The notes beneath the pieces were generated by a model that saw only the letters and a list, made by a program, of their open reading frames with translations, was not told where the DNA came from and did no database searches. This document shows, one piece after another, positions 1-10,707 of a stretch of 64,000 nucleotides of DNA. This DNA is from an uncultured Thermoleophilia bacterium (GTDB taxonomy: Bacteria; Actinomycetota; Thermoleophilia; Gaiellales; Gaiellaceae): the NCBI GenBank assembly GCA_963823265.1, contig CAWGLA010000011.1, forward strand, positions 57,877 to 121,876. Reading direction: 5' to 3'. Within the stretch, counting starts at the first letter, position 1, and each line of letters starts with the position of its first letter. The translations under genes were made by a program, and so were the position numbers.

Positions 1-1
1 G

Positions 2-382
2 CAGTGGTGGACCGACCATGTCGCCCGGGCGCTGACCGCAGCCCAGCGCGAACAGTGGCTCGATCCGGCCCACTACGAGATCGTCGAGCTGCATGTCCGG
101 CCGTCCTGGCAGCGGCGCGGCGCCGGCAGCGCACTGCTCGCGCAGCTCTTGAGCCGGCAGCCTCACGACCGGGCGCTGCTCTCCACACAGACCGGGTCGA
201 GGAAGGCGCGCAGCTTCTACGCCAAGAACGGCTGGACCGAGCTGGCCGGTGTCGACTTCGGCCGGAACTACCCGCCCTATCTCGTGCTGGGGAAGCGGCT
301 TGGCGCGGCGAAGGCGTTCCTTTCCGACCGCCGGACGACGTCCGGCGGGCTGTCCTATTTTCCCGAGACGCTCGAGACGTAG
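2..382 (+). CDS. GNAT-family acetyltransferase, C-terminal part (5' end outside window)
   Basis: Frame 2 is open from the window edge. It reads ...VELHVRPSWQRRGAGSALLAQLL..., which matches the GNAT acetyl-CoA binding motif (Q/R-x-x-G-x-G/A). The 3' end overlaps the convergent cytochrome c gene by about 28 nt. Confidence 0.55.
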   Translation, partial: QWWTDHVARALTAAQREQWLDPAHYEIVELHVRPSWQRRGAGSALLAQLLSRQPHDRALLSTQTGSRKARSFYAKNGWTELAGVDFGRNYPPYLVLGKRLGAAKAFLSDRRTTSGGLSYFPETLET

Positions 383-1029
383 GCCGCCACGGCCGCGATC
401 TGCGCTGGGCTCAGTTGCCCCTTGAAGGACGGCATCGCGCCGCCTCCGACCTCGACCTGGTGCGCGACCTGCGCCGCCGACGGCTCGAGCTGGTCGAGGT
501 TCGGGCCGACGTTGCCGGTTGCGCCTGCGTCCTTGAGCGTGTGGCAGCCGCCGCAGCCGGCCGAGGCGAAGACCTGCTTGCCGACCGCGGTCGGCGAACC
601 GCCGCCGCCGGACGTGGTCGTCGGCGTGGTCGTCGTCGCGGGGGTCGTGCTCGCGGCCGTCACACCGCACGCCGGCTGTGCGGCGCACTTCGCGACGTAG
701 ACCGCGACGTCGTCGGCGTCGGAGCCCTCTACGAGGTTCGCCGGCATCGGGGCCTCGGGGTAGGAGATCTGGCCGCGCACCACGTCCGCCATCGTCTGCT
801 GTGAGAACCCCTGTGCCTTGTCCGACGCGAATGCATCGTCGAGATTCGGCCCGGTCGTGCCCGTCGCCTGCGCGTTCGCGAGCGTGTGACACGAGGCGCA
901 CTTGGACTGAAAGAGCGCCTTGCCCTGGCTCGGGTCGCCCGAGGTGACCCGCTTGACCGCACCGCATCCCGACGCGACGACCGCGACGAGCAGAACCGCA
1001 GCTGGAGCGAGGAGTCGGCGCGCGTTCAG
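355..1029 (-). CDS. diheme c-type cytochrome, predicted lipoprotein
   Basis: ORF-track piece 355..792 continues upstream in the same frame. That extension reads LNARRLLAPAAVLLVAVVASGC (signal peptide plus lipobox), then CASCH (heme 1) and CGGCH (heme 2). There is no ATG, GTG or TTG at the signal peptide, only CTG at 1029 or 1035, so the start is uncertain. Confidence 0.75.
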   Translation of the reverse strand: MNARRLLAPAAVLLVAVVASGCGAVKRVTSGDPSQGKALFQSKCASCHTLANAQATGTTGPNLDDAFASDKAQGFSQQTMADVVRGQISYPEAPMPANLVEGSDADDVAVYVAKCAAQPACGVTAASTTPATTTTPTTTSGGGGSPTAVGKQVFASAGCGGCHTLKDAGATGNVGPNLDQLEPSAAQVAHQVEVGGGAMPSFKGQLSPAQIAAVAAYVSSVSGK

Positions 1030-1058
1030 GGTCAGCTCGTTGTCAGGTCGGCTCGGGG

Positions 1059-1424
1059 TCAGGACGTGGGCTGGGAGACGCCGTCGAGCTTCGAGATCGC
1101 CTCTGCGCGCGTCGCGTGGATTGCGAAGACGCGATCGAGGCCCGTGATCTCGAAGATCTTCGTGATGTTGCGGTCGCTGCAGACGAGTGAGAGTTGGCCG
1201 TCGTTCGTCCGCAACCGCTTGACGCCTCCGACGAGCACGCCGAGAGTGGTCGAGTCGATGAAGGTGGTCGACGAGAAATCGACGATCACCTGCCTGCCGC
1301 CCTGCCCGATCACCTCGAGGAGCTGCTGCTTGAACTCCGGCGCCGTGTAGAGGTCGACCTCGCCCGTGAGGGAGATCACGTAGGCGTCGTCGGAAAGCTG
1401 CTCGGTCTTGATGTCGAAGTTCAT
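1059..1424 (-). CDS. STAS-domain anti-sigma-factor antagonist (SpoIIAA-like)
   Basis: 121 aa. ...VISLTGEVDLYTAPEFKQQL...VIVDFSSTTFIDSTTLGVLV... is the typical STAS fold signature. Confidence 0.85.
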   Translation of the reverse strand: MNFDIKTEQLSDDAYVISLTGEVDLYTAPEFKQQLLEVIGQGGRQVIVDFSSTTFIDSTTLGVLVGGVKRLRTNDGQLSLVCSDRNITKIFEITGLDRVFAIHATRAEAISKLDGVSQPTS

Positions 1425-1469
1425 CTGTCTCCCCCGGAAGCGTCGGTGGCGGGGCGCTGCGGCGTGAGT

Positions 1470-2372
1470 CTAACCGGAGGTCGCGCCCAGGGCGCCGGCA
1501 GCCGCCTGGGCCTTGAGCAACTTCAGGGCCTGCTTCACCTGAGGCGCGAGCGGATCGGTCGGGGCCAGCTTGAGGAACGCCGTGAACGCCCTGATCGCGG
1601 TCGCCGAGTCCTGAGCGGCCTGCGCCGCCTGGCCGAGCTGGATCTGCGAGGTCGCATCGTTCGGGTTCAGGCCGACGAGCCGCTGATAGGCGCTCTCGGC
1701 GTTGCGCTGAGCGCTCTGGTAGCCCGAGAGTGCGGTCTGCTGCTTCGCGGCGGCCAGCGTGGCGACCGCGGCGGAGATCGGGTCTTTCAGCCCCGTCGAG
1801 CTGGCGAAGGCCCGGCCGAACGGCGTCGTCGAGGGCGGGCCGAAGGCGGAGGCCGGTGACTCCTGCTCCGCCATCGACTGCTGGGCGGCGGCATAGTCGT
1901 TCGAGTAGTTCGTCGCGAGCGTTCCGTACTGGGACGCGAGCTCGGCGAGAGCGCCCTGGTCCCTGGGACGCAGCGTCGTGTAGCGCTCGAGCGCGTTGAC
2001 CGCGTCCTGCGTGCGCTGCTTCTGCTCGAGCGCGGTGGCGAGGTCACGCCACGCTGTCGGATCGTTCGGGTGCTTGTCGGTCTTGCTCTGGAGCTTCGAG
2101 ATCGACGAGCCGCCCTTGTTGCCGAAGTTGAAGGCGTTCTGGAGCGCGTCGCTGATCCCGGTCGAGCCCGAGCCGACACCGAAGAACACGAATCCGAGCG
2201 CGAAGACGACGGCCAGCAGCACGAAGGCCCACTTCGCGTGCACGCGAAGGCGCTGGAAGAAGAGCTCCTCCTGCCATTGCGGCGGCTTCTGCTTGTGCGG
2301 AGCCGCCGCTACGGACGACGTACGAGCATTCTGCGCCGGGCGGCGCTTGCGGTGCTGCGTACCTCTTGCCAC
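1470..2372 (-). CDS. membrane-anchored TPR-like repeat protein
   Basis: This is the C-terminal part of track ORF 1470..4229. A GTG at 2372 is preceded by GGAAGAAGAGGA. The product has a basic N-terminus, a TM helix (WAFVLLAVVFALGFVFFGVG) and Ala/Gln-rich TPR-like repeats. The start is inferred. Confidence 0.6.
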   Translation of the reverse strand: MARGTQHRKRRPAQNARTSSVAAAPHKQKPPQWQEELFFQRLRVHAKWAFVLLAVVFALGFVFFGVGSGSTGISDALQNAFNFGNKGGSSISKLQSKTDKHPNDPTAWRDLATALEQKQRTQDAVNALERYTTLRPRDQGALAELASQYGTLATNYSNDYAAAQQSMAEQESPASAFGPPSTTPFGRAFASSTGLKDPISAAVATLAAAKQQTALSGYQSAQRNAESAYQRLVGLNPNDATSQIQLGQAAQAAQDSATAIRAFTAFLKLAPTDPLAPQVKQALKLLKAQAAAGALGATSG

Positions 2373-3578
2373 TGGTGTTCCTCTTCTTCCTTCCGGTAGC
2401 GGGTCTCGCCGTCCACGATCGTTTCGAGCACTCGTTCCGGTGAGCCGCCGAAGACGACTGCCGCGGCGGGGTCCTCGACCGGCTGGTAGAGGCTGCCCGC
2501 GAGCGACACGACCGTCAGGTCGGCGTGCTTGCCGGGCGTCAGGGTACCCACCTGGTCGTCGATTCGCAGAGCGCGCGCCGAACCGCCGGTCGCCAGGCGC
2601 AGCGCATCCCCGGCCAGCAGCGCCTCCGGGCGCCGTTCGCGCGCCCGCGTGGCGTAGACGGCTGCCCGCATCTCCGCGAAGACGTCGAACGAGGGTGTCG
2701 AGGCGGGCGAGTCCGTACCGAGGCCGACGACGACGCCCGCCGCCCGCATGGCGGTGACCGGCGCGATGCCGCAGCCGAGGAGCGCGTTCGAGCGCGGGCA
2801 ATGCGCCACGGGGACGCTGCGCTCGGCGAGCAGCGCGATCTCGTCCTCCGACACGTCGACGCAGTGGGCGCAGAGGAGGTCCGGGCCGAGCACCGGCTCC
2901 AGCGAAGCGACAGCCCGGCGGCCGGTCGGCGGGACGAGGATCGGAATGCCCCGCGAGCGCACCCGTTCCGTGCTCGAGCCACTCGTTCTCGCTCGCGCTC
3001 TCCGCGAGGTGCGTGCCGACGGGGATCCCGAGCGACAGGCACCACCGATACGTCTCGACCGAGCAGGTGTAGGGCGCGTGCGGTGAGACGCCGATCGCGA
3101 CCAGCGGTGTCTCGTCGACGAGCGCCCGTTTCTCCTCGAACTGGCGGCGTGCGGCCTCCGGATCGTCCGCGAAGACCTCGAGGTAGACCGTCGCGCGCAG
3201 ACCGAGCTCGGCCGCCGCGAGCGCGCTCGCGCCCGAGAAGCTGTAGTCCGCCGTCGTCGTGACCCCGGTCCGGAGCGAGTCGACGACGCCGCAGCGGGCG
3301 ATCGCGACCATGTCCTCGGGCCGGAGGCGGCTCTTGCGCTCCACATGCGTCTTGAGCCACACCCCGAACGGCGCACCGTCGCCGAAGCCTGCGTAGACGG
3401 CGTATTCGAGATGGGAGTGCGCGTTGACGAAGCCCGGCAGGATCACCGAGTCGCTGTAGTGGCGCTCCGCACGTCCGGCGTCGACGGCGACGATCCTGCC
3501 GTCCTCCCAGCGCACGCGCCCGCCTTCGATCGGCGGCCCGTCGCCGGGCAGCACCCAGTCGGCGGAAACTTCGGTCAC
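2309..3578 (-). pseudogene. amidohydrolase (chlorohydrolase/deaminase family, SsnA/MtaD-like), frame-disrupted
   Basis: The N-terminal part, VTEVSADWVLPG...PGFVNAHSHLEY...GTHLAESASENEWLEHGTGALAG, lies in one frame. The C-terminal part, IPILVPPTGRR...LLCAHCVDV...GLGTDSPAS...PGKHADLTVV, lies in another. The switch is at the CCCC run 2949-2952, and removing one base restores the frame. The length is 3n+1. The GTG start overlaps the tatC stop (GTGA). Confidence 0.7.
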
Positions 3579-4351
3579 GTGATGCCGGCGGCGGCAGTGG
3601 CGCGTGCGGAGCGCCGGTCGAGCAGGACGGAGAGCCAGATCGACAGCTCGTAGAGCAGGATGAGCGGGATCGTCTCGAAGAACGTCGTCACCGGGTCGAC
3701 GCCCGGCAAGGCGACGCCGATGCAGGCGACGATGAAATAGCCGATCCGCCGGTTCCGGCGCAGCTTCGAGGTGCTGACGATGCCGAGGCGGGTGAGCCCG
3801 ATCACGAACAACGGCAGCTCGAACACGATCGCCATCGCGACGAGCACCTTCGTGGCGAACGTGATGTACGGCCTCGCCTGGATCTTGACGTCGTAGAGCG
3901 ACGAGTCGAAGTTCGTCAGGAACTTGGCCGCTGCAGGGAGGGCGACGTAGTAGCCGAAGAGGACGCCGGCGATCATCAGGACGGTCGCGAGGAAGACGAA
4001 CGCCTTCAGCATCCGTTCGTGCGCTGTTTCCACCGCGGGGATGAAGAACGCCCAGGCTTGCCACAGCACGATCGGGATCGCGAGCAGGAAACCGAGATAG
4101 AGGCTCACCCACACCGACGTCATGAACGGCTCGCCGATGCCGAGCGTCAGCAGCTGGCGGTGCTGTGGCGGCAGTTGATCCGTCAGGGCGCGGATGACGC
4201 GGTCGTGGACGATGAACGCCGCGATCCATCCGACCACGACTGCGCCGATGCAGACGAACAGCCGCTGGCGCAGCTCATCGAGATGCTCGACGAGGGTCGC
4301 CTCCTCGCCGTGGGCGAGACGGCGCGGCGGGCGCCAGAACCGCACCCGCAT
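3575..4351 (-). CDS. tatC: twin-arginine translocase subunit TatC
   Basis: 258 aa, six TM segments. Includes ...LVEHLDELRQRL... and ...FELPLFVIGLTRLGIV..., both typical of TatC. Confidence 0.9.
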   Translation of the reverse strand: MRVRFWRPPRRLAHGEEATLVEHLDELRQRLFVCIGAVVVGWIAAFIVHDRVIRALTDQLPPQHRQLLTLGIGEPFMTSVWVSLYLGFLLAIPIVLWQAWAFFIPAVETAHERMLKAFVFLATVLMIAGVLFGYYVALPAAAKFLTNFDSSLYDVKIQARPYITFATKVLVAMAIVFELPLFVIGLTRLGIVSTSKLRRNRRIGYFIVACIGVALPGVDPVTTFFETIPLILLYELSIWLSVLLDRRSARATAAAGIT

Positions 4352-4357
4352 GTTCGG

Positions 4358-4591
4358 CTAGTGAACGGTTTCGTTCTCGCGCGGCGGCGCAGGCGTGCCG
4401 GCGTCCTGCGTCCCTACCGGCAGCTGTGTCGTCTGAACCGGCTCGGGCTTGTCGTGCCCCGTCACCGAGTCCTTGAACTCTCGCATCCCGCTGCCGAGGG
4501 AGCGTCCGATCTCCGGCAGCCGCTTGGCGCCGAAGAGGAGGAGGGCGAGCAGGAGCAAGCCTGCGATCTCGAGCGGACCAATGTTGGACAT
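4358..4591 (-). CDS. tatA: twin-arginine translocase subunit TatA/E
   Basis: 77 aa. [33 protein letters not shown] gives an N-terminal TM helix plus an amphipathic helix. It sits directly upstream of tatC. Confidence 0.85.
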   Translation of the reverse strand: MSNIGPLEIAGLLLLALLLFGAKRLPEIGRSLGSGMREFKDSVTGHDKPEPVQTTQLPVGTQDAGTPAPPRENETVH

Positions 4592-4737
4592 GGGGCCAGC
4601 GTATCAGCGTTTACGGCCGATCCAGGTGGGAGAACCAAGTATTAACCTCGGCCTTCGGAGGCCGCTGGGCTACGATGATCGGTGCACGGGAACGGGCCAT
4701 GCGCCTCGTTCCGGAAGCCCTCAAGGACTCGGAGACC

Positions 4738-5513
<776 letters not shown>

Positions 5514-5514
<1 letters not shown>

Positions 5515-6947
5515 TGGCACAGACCGAATCCGAGATCGTCCAGGAGATCGGTGCCGACTACGGCACCAAGTACGGCTTCTCGAACCCGGACGAGGCAAAG
5601 GACTACTTCTTCAAGAGCGGACGGGGGCTCTCGCACGACCTGGTCGACGCGATCTCGGCGCACAAGGGTGAGCCTGAGTGGATGAACAAGTTCCGGCACA
5701 AGTCGCTCGACTACTTCCTCGCGCGGCCGATGCCCACGTGGGGCGGGATGCCGTCGCTGGCCGAGATCGACTTCGAGAACATCTACTACTACATCAAGCC
5801 GACCGAGAACCAGGCCGACTCGTGGGAGGACCTGCCCGCGGACATCAAGGACACCTGGGACAAGCTCGGCATCCCCGAGGCCGAGAAGAACTATCTCGCC
5901 GGCGTCGGAGCCCAGTACGAGAGCGAGGTCGTGTACCACAAGCTGCAGGAGCACCTCACGGCACAGGGCGTGATCTTCCTCGACACCGACACCGCGCTTC
6001 GCGAGCACGAGGACCTGTTCAAGCAGTACTTCGGCACGATCATCCCGCAGAACGACAACAAGTTCGCGGCGCTGAACAGCGCCGTCTGGTCGGGCGGCTC
6101 GTTCATCTACGTGCCGAAGGGTGTGAGGATCGACCTGCCGCTGCAGGCCTACTTCCGGATCAACGCGGAGAACATGGGCCAGTTCGAGCGCACGCTGATC
6201 CTCGTGGACGAGGACGCATACGTGCACTACGTCGAGGGCTGCACCGCGCCGATCTACTCGACCGACTCGCTGCACAGCGCCGTGGTCGAGATCGTGGTCA
6301 AGAAGGGCGGCCGCTGCCGCTACACGACGATCCAGAACTGGTCGAACAACGTCTACAACCTCGTCACCAAGCGCGCGGTCGCCGAGGAGAACGCGACCAT
6401 GGAATGGGTCGACGGGAACCTGGGCTCGAAGCTGACGATGAAGTATCCGGCGATCTGGCTCACCGGCAAGGCCGCGCACGGCGAGGTGCTGTCGATCGCG
6501 TTCGCCGGCAAGGGCCAGCATCAGGACGCGGGTGGCAAGTGCGTCCACATCGCCCCGAAGACGACTAGCGTGATCACATCGAAGTCGATCTCGAAGAACG
6601 GCGGCCGCGCCGGCTACCGTGGGCTGCTCGAGGTCGCGAAGGGAGCGAGCGGCGCGCGGTCGAAGGTCGTCTGCGACGCGCTGATCCTCGACGATGAATC
6701 GCGTTCCGACACGTATCCGTACATCCGCATCGACGAGAACGACGTCGACATCGGCCACGAGGCGACCGTGTCGAAGATCGGCGAGGAGCAGCTCTTCTAT
6801 CTCATGTCGCGCGGGCTCTCCGAGTCGGACGCATCGGCGATGGTGGTCAGCGGCTTCGTCGAGCCGATCACCAAGGAGCTGCCGCTCGAGTACGCCGTCG
6901 AGATGAACCGCCTGATCCAGCTGCAGATGGAGGGGTCGGTAGGTTGA
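5514..6947 (+). CDS. sufB: Fe-S cluster assembly scaffold SufB
   Basis: The ATG overlaps the sufC stop (TGATG). [22 protein letters not shown]...[23 protein letters not shown]...[14 protein letters not shown]...[20 protein letters not shown] is the typical SufB pattern. Confidence 0.92.
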
Positions 6948-7321
6948 TCGTCGAGCGCACGGACTTCATCTCGCTGCCCGTCACCGACATGGAGCGGTCG
7001 AAGAAGTTCTACGGCGAGACTCTCGGTCTCGAGCCGGTCGCTCATCGCGAAGAGCAGGGTTTCCCGGAGTACCAGCTCGGTGAGAACGTCAGCCTCTACC
7101 TCCTCGACATGAAGAACATCGGCTCCGAGTTCACCGCCCCCCACACCGCGTCGATCGCGCTGCGCGTGTCCGACGTCGAGGAGGCGCGCCGCGAGCTCGA
7201 GCGGAAGGGCGTCGTCTTCGACGGTGAGACGTTCGACTCGTCGGTGTGCCACATGGCGTTCTTCCGCGATCCGGACGGGAACGCGATCATGCTGCACCGC
7301 CGTTACGCGCCGCCGTCATGA
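6944..7321 (+). CDS. VOC/glyoxalase-family protein inserted between sufB and sufD
   Basis: 125 aa. ...[23 protein letters not shown]...[14 protein letters not shown]. The TTG start overlaps the sufB stop, and the stop overlaps the sufD ATG. Confidence 0.8.
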   Translation: MIVERTDFISLPVTDMERSKKFYGETLGLEPVAHREEQGFPEYQLGENVSLYLLDMKNIGSEFTAPHTASIALRVSDVEEARRELERKGVVFDGETFDSSVCHMAFFRDPDGNAIMLHRRYAPPS

Positions 7322-8478
7322 CGACGCTGACACGCGAGCAGGCCGCGAAGCGGTTCGCAGAGCTGCCCCTGCCGTCCACCAAGGACGAGCACTGGCGCTT
7401 CACCGATCTGCGCGGCTTCGATCCGCAAGAGGTGTCAGACACCGTTTCGGTGTCCGACACCAGCCCTGCGCTCGACTTGGACGTCGCCGCGCGCGCGGTC
7501 GTGACCGAGAGCGGGATCGAGATCCTCTCGGCGCCCGAGGGTGTCCGGTTCGAGCTCCTGCCGCACGATTACGCGGCGACACTGATCCCCGACGACGACC
7601 GCTTCGCGGCCGAGAACCTGGCCCGCTGGGAGCACGGTCTGCTCGTCCATGTCGCGAAAGGCGTCGAGCTCGAGCAGCCGCTCTACGTCCAGGTGACTTC
7701 GAGCGGTGGCACGCTCTTCTGGCGCATGGTCGTGATCGCCGAGGAAGGCGCGCGCTTCTCCCTGATCGAGGACCTGTCGTCGGCGACGCCCGAGACGGAG
7801 GCCTACACGAACGCCGTCGTCGAGCTGTTCGTCCATCCGGCCGCCAAGATCGAGTACGTCTCCCTGCAGAACCTCTCGCGCGAGACCTGGCACTTCGGCC
7901 GCTACAAGGCGTGGCTCGAGCGCGACTCCGAGCTCGACTGGGTGATCGGCGGCTTCGGCTCCAAACGCGGCAAGGTGTGGATCGAGAACGATCTCGCGGG
8001 GCCTGGTGCGACCTCGCGCGTCACCGGCGCGTACTTCGCCGACGGCGACCAGCATCTCGACTACGACACGTTCCAGGAGCACATCGCTCCGAACACCGAG
8101 AGCGACTTCGCGTTCAAGGGTGCGCTGCGGGAGAACGCGAGTGCCGTGTGGCGCGGGATGATCCGGGTCGAGGAGCAGGCGCAGAAGACGAACGCCTACC
8201 AGGAGAACCGCAACCTGCTGCTCTCCGACAAGGCTCACGCCGACTCGATCCCTGGCCTCGAGATCATGGCCAACGACGTGCGCTGCACCCACGGCGCGAC
8301 CCTCGGCAGGATCAACCGCGAGGAGCTCTTCTATCTGATGGCGCGCGGTCTCAGTCGTGCCGAGGCAGAACGCCTGATCGTGCGTGGATTCTTCCAGGAC
8401 GTGCTCGACCGCATCGAGCTCGAGCCCGTGCGCGCTGCGCTCGGCGCCGCACTCGAAGCGCGGATCCCCCAGGCGTAG
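7318..8478 (+). CDS. sufD: Fe-S cluster assembly protein SufD
   Basis: [31 protein letters not shown]...NRNLLLSDKAHADSIPGLEIMANDVRCTHGATLGRINREELFYLMARG. Confidence 0.85.
   Translation: MTTLTREQAAKRFAELPLPSTKDEHWRFTDLRGFDPQEVSDTVSVSDTSPALDLDVAARAVVTESGIEILSAPEGVRFELLPHDYAATLIPDDDRFAAENLARWEHGLLVHVAKGVELEQPLYVQVTSSGGTLFWRMVVIAEEGARFSLIEDLSSATPETEAYTNAVVELFVHPAAKIEYVSLQNLSRETWHFGRYKAWLERDSELDWVIGGFGSKRGKVWIENDLAGPGATSRVTGAYFADGDQHLDYDTFQEHIAPNTESDFAFKGALRENASAVWRGMIRVEEQAQKTNAYQENRNLLLSDKAHADSIPGLEIMANDVRCTHGATLGRINREELFYLMARGLSRAEAERLIVRGFFQDVLDRIELEPVRAALGAALEARIPQA
7431..7461. repeat. tandem 13-bp palindrome (GGTGTCAGACACC gtttc GGTGTCCGACACC), copy inside sufD
   Basis: Read directly from the sequence. 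Same architecture as the copies at 55046..55075 and 61324..61352. Here it is in frame and encodes ...EVSDTVSVSDTS... Confidence 0.5.
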
Positions 8479-8546
8479 GTCCTCGCACTGGCGCCCGCCC
8501 GGGCGATCTGCCAGCATTCGGTGTTCCACGAGCAAAGGAGCAGCAC

Positions 8547-8750
8547 ATGCTCGGTCGCAGGGTCGCTTTCGCCGTCGCTTTCATCGCTGCCGTCGCATTC
8601 AGCGGTGGGGCCGCAGTCGCGGCGACGCACGGCAGCTCACACAAGCTCCAGCCCCCGAAGCTCCGGCCCATGAAGCAGCCGGCGGCGACGAACAACCACC
8701 TCACGCGCCACTACTGTCACGAGGACGGCGCGATCTCGGCATCGCTCTAG
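8547..8750 (+). CDS. small secreted His-rich hypothetical protein
   Basis: The ATG is preceded by AAAGGAG. MLGRRVAFAVAFIAAVAFSGGAAVAATHG looks like a signal peptide. 67 aa. It lies just upstream of the NRAMP gene. Confidence 0.4.
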   Translation: MLGRRVAFAVAFIAAVAFSGGAAVAATHGSSHKLQPPKLRPMKQPAATNNHLTRHYCHEDGAISASL

Positions 8751-8857
8751 CCCCGGTAGGACCTCCCGACGCACCCGCTCTCGTTCTGCGGGTTCTCACG
8801 GCTCGATCAGTAGCTGCGGCGGAGGCGGTAGGCCGGCCCGGCCGCGACGCTGGCAGC

Positions 8858-10078
8858 GTGAGGACGATCGGGCAGCGCCGCTGGCTCTGGGTGGTCGGGC
8901 CCGGTCTGATGGTGATGCTGGCCGACACCGACGCCGGCAGCGTCGTGACGGCTGCTCAGTCGGGCGCGGTCTGGGGCTACCGCCTGTTGTTCCTCCAGGT
9001 GCTGCTCGTCCCGGTGCTCTACCTCGTGATGGAGCTCACCGTTCGCATCGGGATCGCGACCGGCAAGGGGCACGCACAGCTGATCAGGTAGCAGTTCGGC
9101 CGCCGCTGGGTGATCGTCTCGGTGGGCACGCTCGTGGTGGCCGCCGTCGGCGCGCTCGTGACCGAGTTCGCCGGCATCGCAGGCGTCGCCGCGCTCTTCG
9201 GGATCCTCGGCTGGGCTGCGATCCTTCCCGCCGGCGTCTTCCTCATCTGGCTCGTCCTCGCGGGGACCTATCGCCGGGTGGAGGTCGTCGGGATCGTCCT
9301 CGGCCTCGCCGAGCTGGCGTTCGTCGTCGCGGCGATCGTCGCCCATCCACAACTGCCGGATCTCGCGCATGGCCTCTCGCCCCTGCAGCCGCTCGGCCAC
9401 ACCGGCTACCTGGCGCTGGTCGCGGCGAACATCGGTGCCGTCGTGATGCCGTGGATGGTCTTCTACCAGCAGGGCGCAGTGATCGACAAAGGCCTCGGCC
9501 CGCGGGATCTTCGCGCGGCCCGTGTGAACACCGCGATCGGCGCCTGCGCGACTCAGGTCGTGATGGCCTCGGTGCTGATCGCGGCCGCCGTCGGGCTGCA
9601 CGGCCGGACCGGGTCGCTGCGCAGTGTCGGGGGCCTCGCCGTAGCGCTCTCGCCGGTGCTCGGCTCGAACGCCGCTCGGCTCGTGCTCACCGCCGGGATC
9701 CTGGGAGCGTCGCTCGTCGCGGCGATCGTCGTCTCGGTCGCGCTCGCCTGGGCGATCGCGGAGGCATGTGAGCGCCCGCGCAGCCTCGACGACTCGCCTC
9801 GCCGGGCTCCGCTCTTCTATGCGATCTACACGGCCGCCGTCGCGCTCGGGGCGGGGCTCGTGCTCGGCAGCACCTCGCTCGTGCGGCTCGCGGTCCATGT
9901 CGAGATCCTCAACGCGGCGCTGTTGCCGCTCGTGCTCGGCTTCCTCGTCCTGCTCGCGTTCAGGGTGCTGCCGCGGCCCGATGCGCCCGCGCTGCGCGAG
10001 CGGGTCGCGCTGGCAGGCACCGTCGCCGCGGTGGTCGCGATCGGACTGCTCTCGATCGGGCTCTCCTTCGGCCTCTAG
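8858..10078 (+). pseudogene. mntH: NRAMP-family divalent metal transporter with an in-frame TAG
   Basis: Track ORFs 8384..9091 and 9110..10078 are in the same frame and are separated only by the TAG at 9089-9091 (...GKGHAQLIR*QFGRRWVIV...). The product is polytopic and NRAMP-like throughout. A GTG start at 8858 is inferred. Confidence 0.75.
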
Positions 10079-10084
10079 GAAGGC

Positions 10085-10705
10085 TCAGTCGAGCAGGCCG
10101 CGCTCGCCGAGCCGGCGCTCGAGCTCGAGCAGCCGGGACTCGACTCGGCCCAGGCGCTGCTCGATCGTCGTCGGCTCACCTTCCGGCACCGGCACCGGCG
10201 CCGCCGCCGGCGGCTCTGACGCCAGCAGGTGCGTCCAGCGCTCCTCACGCCGGCCGGCCTGCCTCGGCAGCAGGTGGACGAGCTCCTTCACGTCGAGTCG
10301 CCCGAGCGTGGCCGTGACCTCGTCGGTCGATGCGAAGTGGTGCAGACGTTCGGTGCGCGTCTTCAGCTCGGCAACCGTCTGCGGGCCGCGCAGCATCAGC
10401 ACCGCCAGGACCGAGACCTCCGAAGGCAGCAGGTCGAGGGCCTCCGAGAAGAGCTGCCGGTATTTCGCCGTGCGCGAGCCCGGCCCGGTCGCGAGCCGGG
10501 CCCAGCCGAGTGTGCCGAGGCTCTGCGCCGCGCCACGCACCTCCGACTCGTCGAGCGCCAACACGGGGTCGCGGTTCGTCGCCTGGTTGCAGGCGAGGCG
10601 CAGGGCGTTCAGCGTCAGCGGATACTGCTCTGGGGTCGTCCGCTGTTTCTCGATCAGGCAGCCCAGCACGCGCAGCTGGACCGGATCGAGACGATGGACC
10701 ACCAC
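10085..10705 (-). CDS. DUF480 (YceH/UPF0502) family protein
   Basis: 206 aa. ...LDPVQLRVLGCLIEKQRTTPEQYPLTLNAL..., followed by a second winged-helix repeat and a C-terminal coiled coil. Confidence 0.7.
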   Translation of the reverse strand: MVVHRLDPVQLRVLGCLIEKQRTTPEQYPLTLNALRLACNQATNRDPVLALDESEVRGAAQSLGTLGWARLATGPGSRTAKYRQLFSEALDLLPSEVSVLAVLMLRGPQTVAELKTRTERLHHFASTDEVTATLGRLDVKELVHLLPRQAGRREERWTHLLASEPPAAAPVPVPEGEPTTIEQRLGRVESRLLELERRLGERGLLD

Positions 10706-10707
10706 GT

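Noticed and set aside
1470-4229. 919-aa ORF in the track
   Set aside because: It is a composite. Only its last ~300 codons (TPR protein) and an internal stretch (N-terminal half of the amidohydrolase) look like protein. The remainder is out-of-frame Arg/Pro-rich read-through across tatC, which is typical of stop-poor GC-rich DNA.
8751-8857. Possible Mn-responsive yybP-ykoY riboswitch upstream of the NRAMP gene
   Set aside because: I could not find the conserved GGGGAGUAG core or the four-way junction features. The region appears to be an ordinary GC-rich leader.
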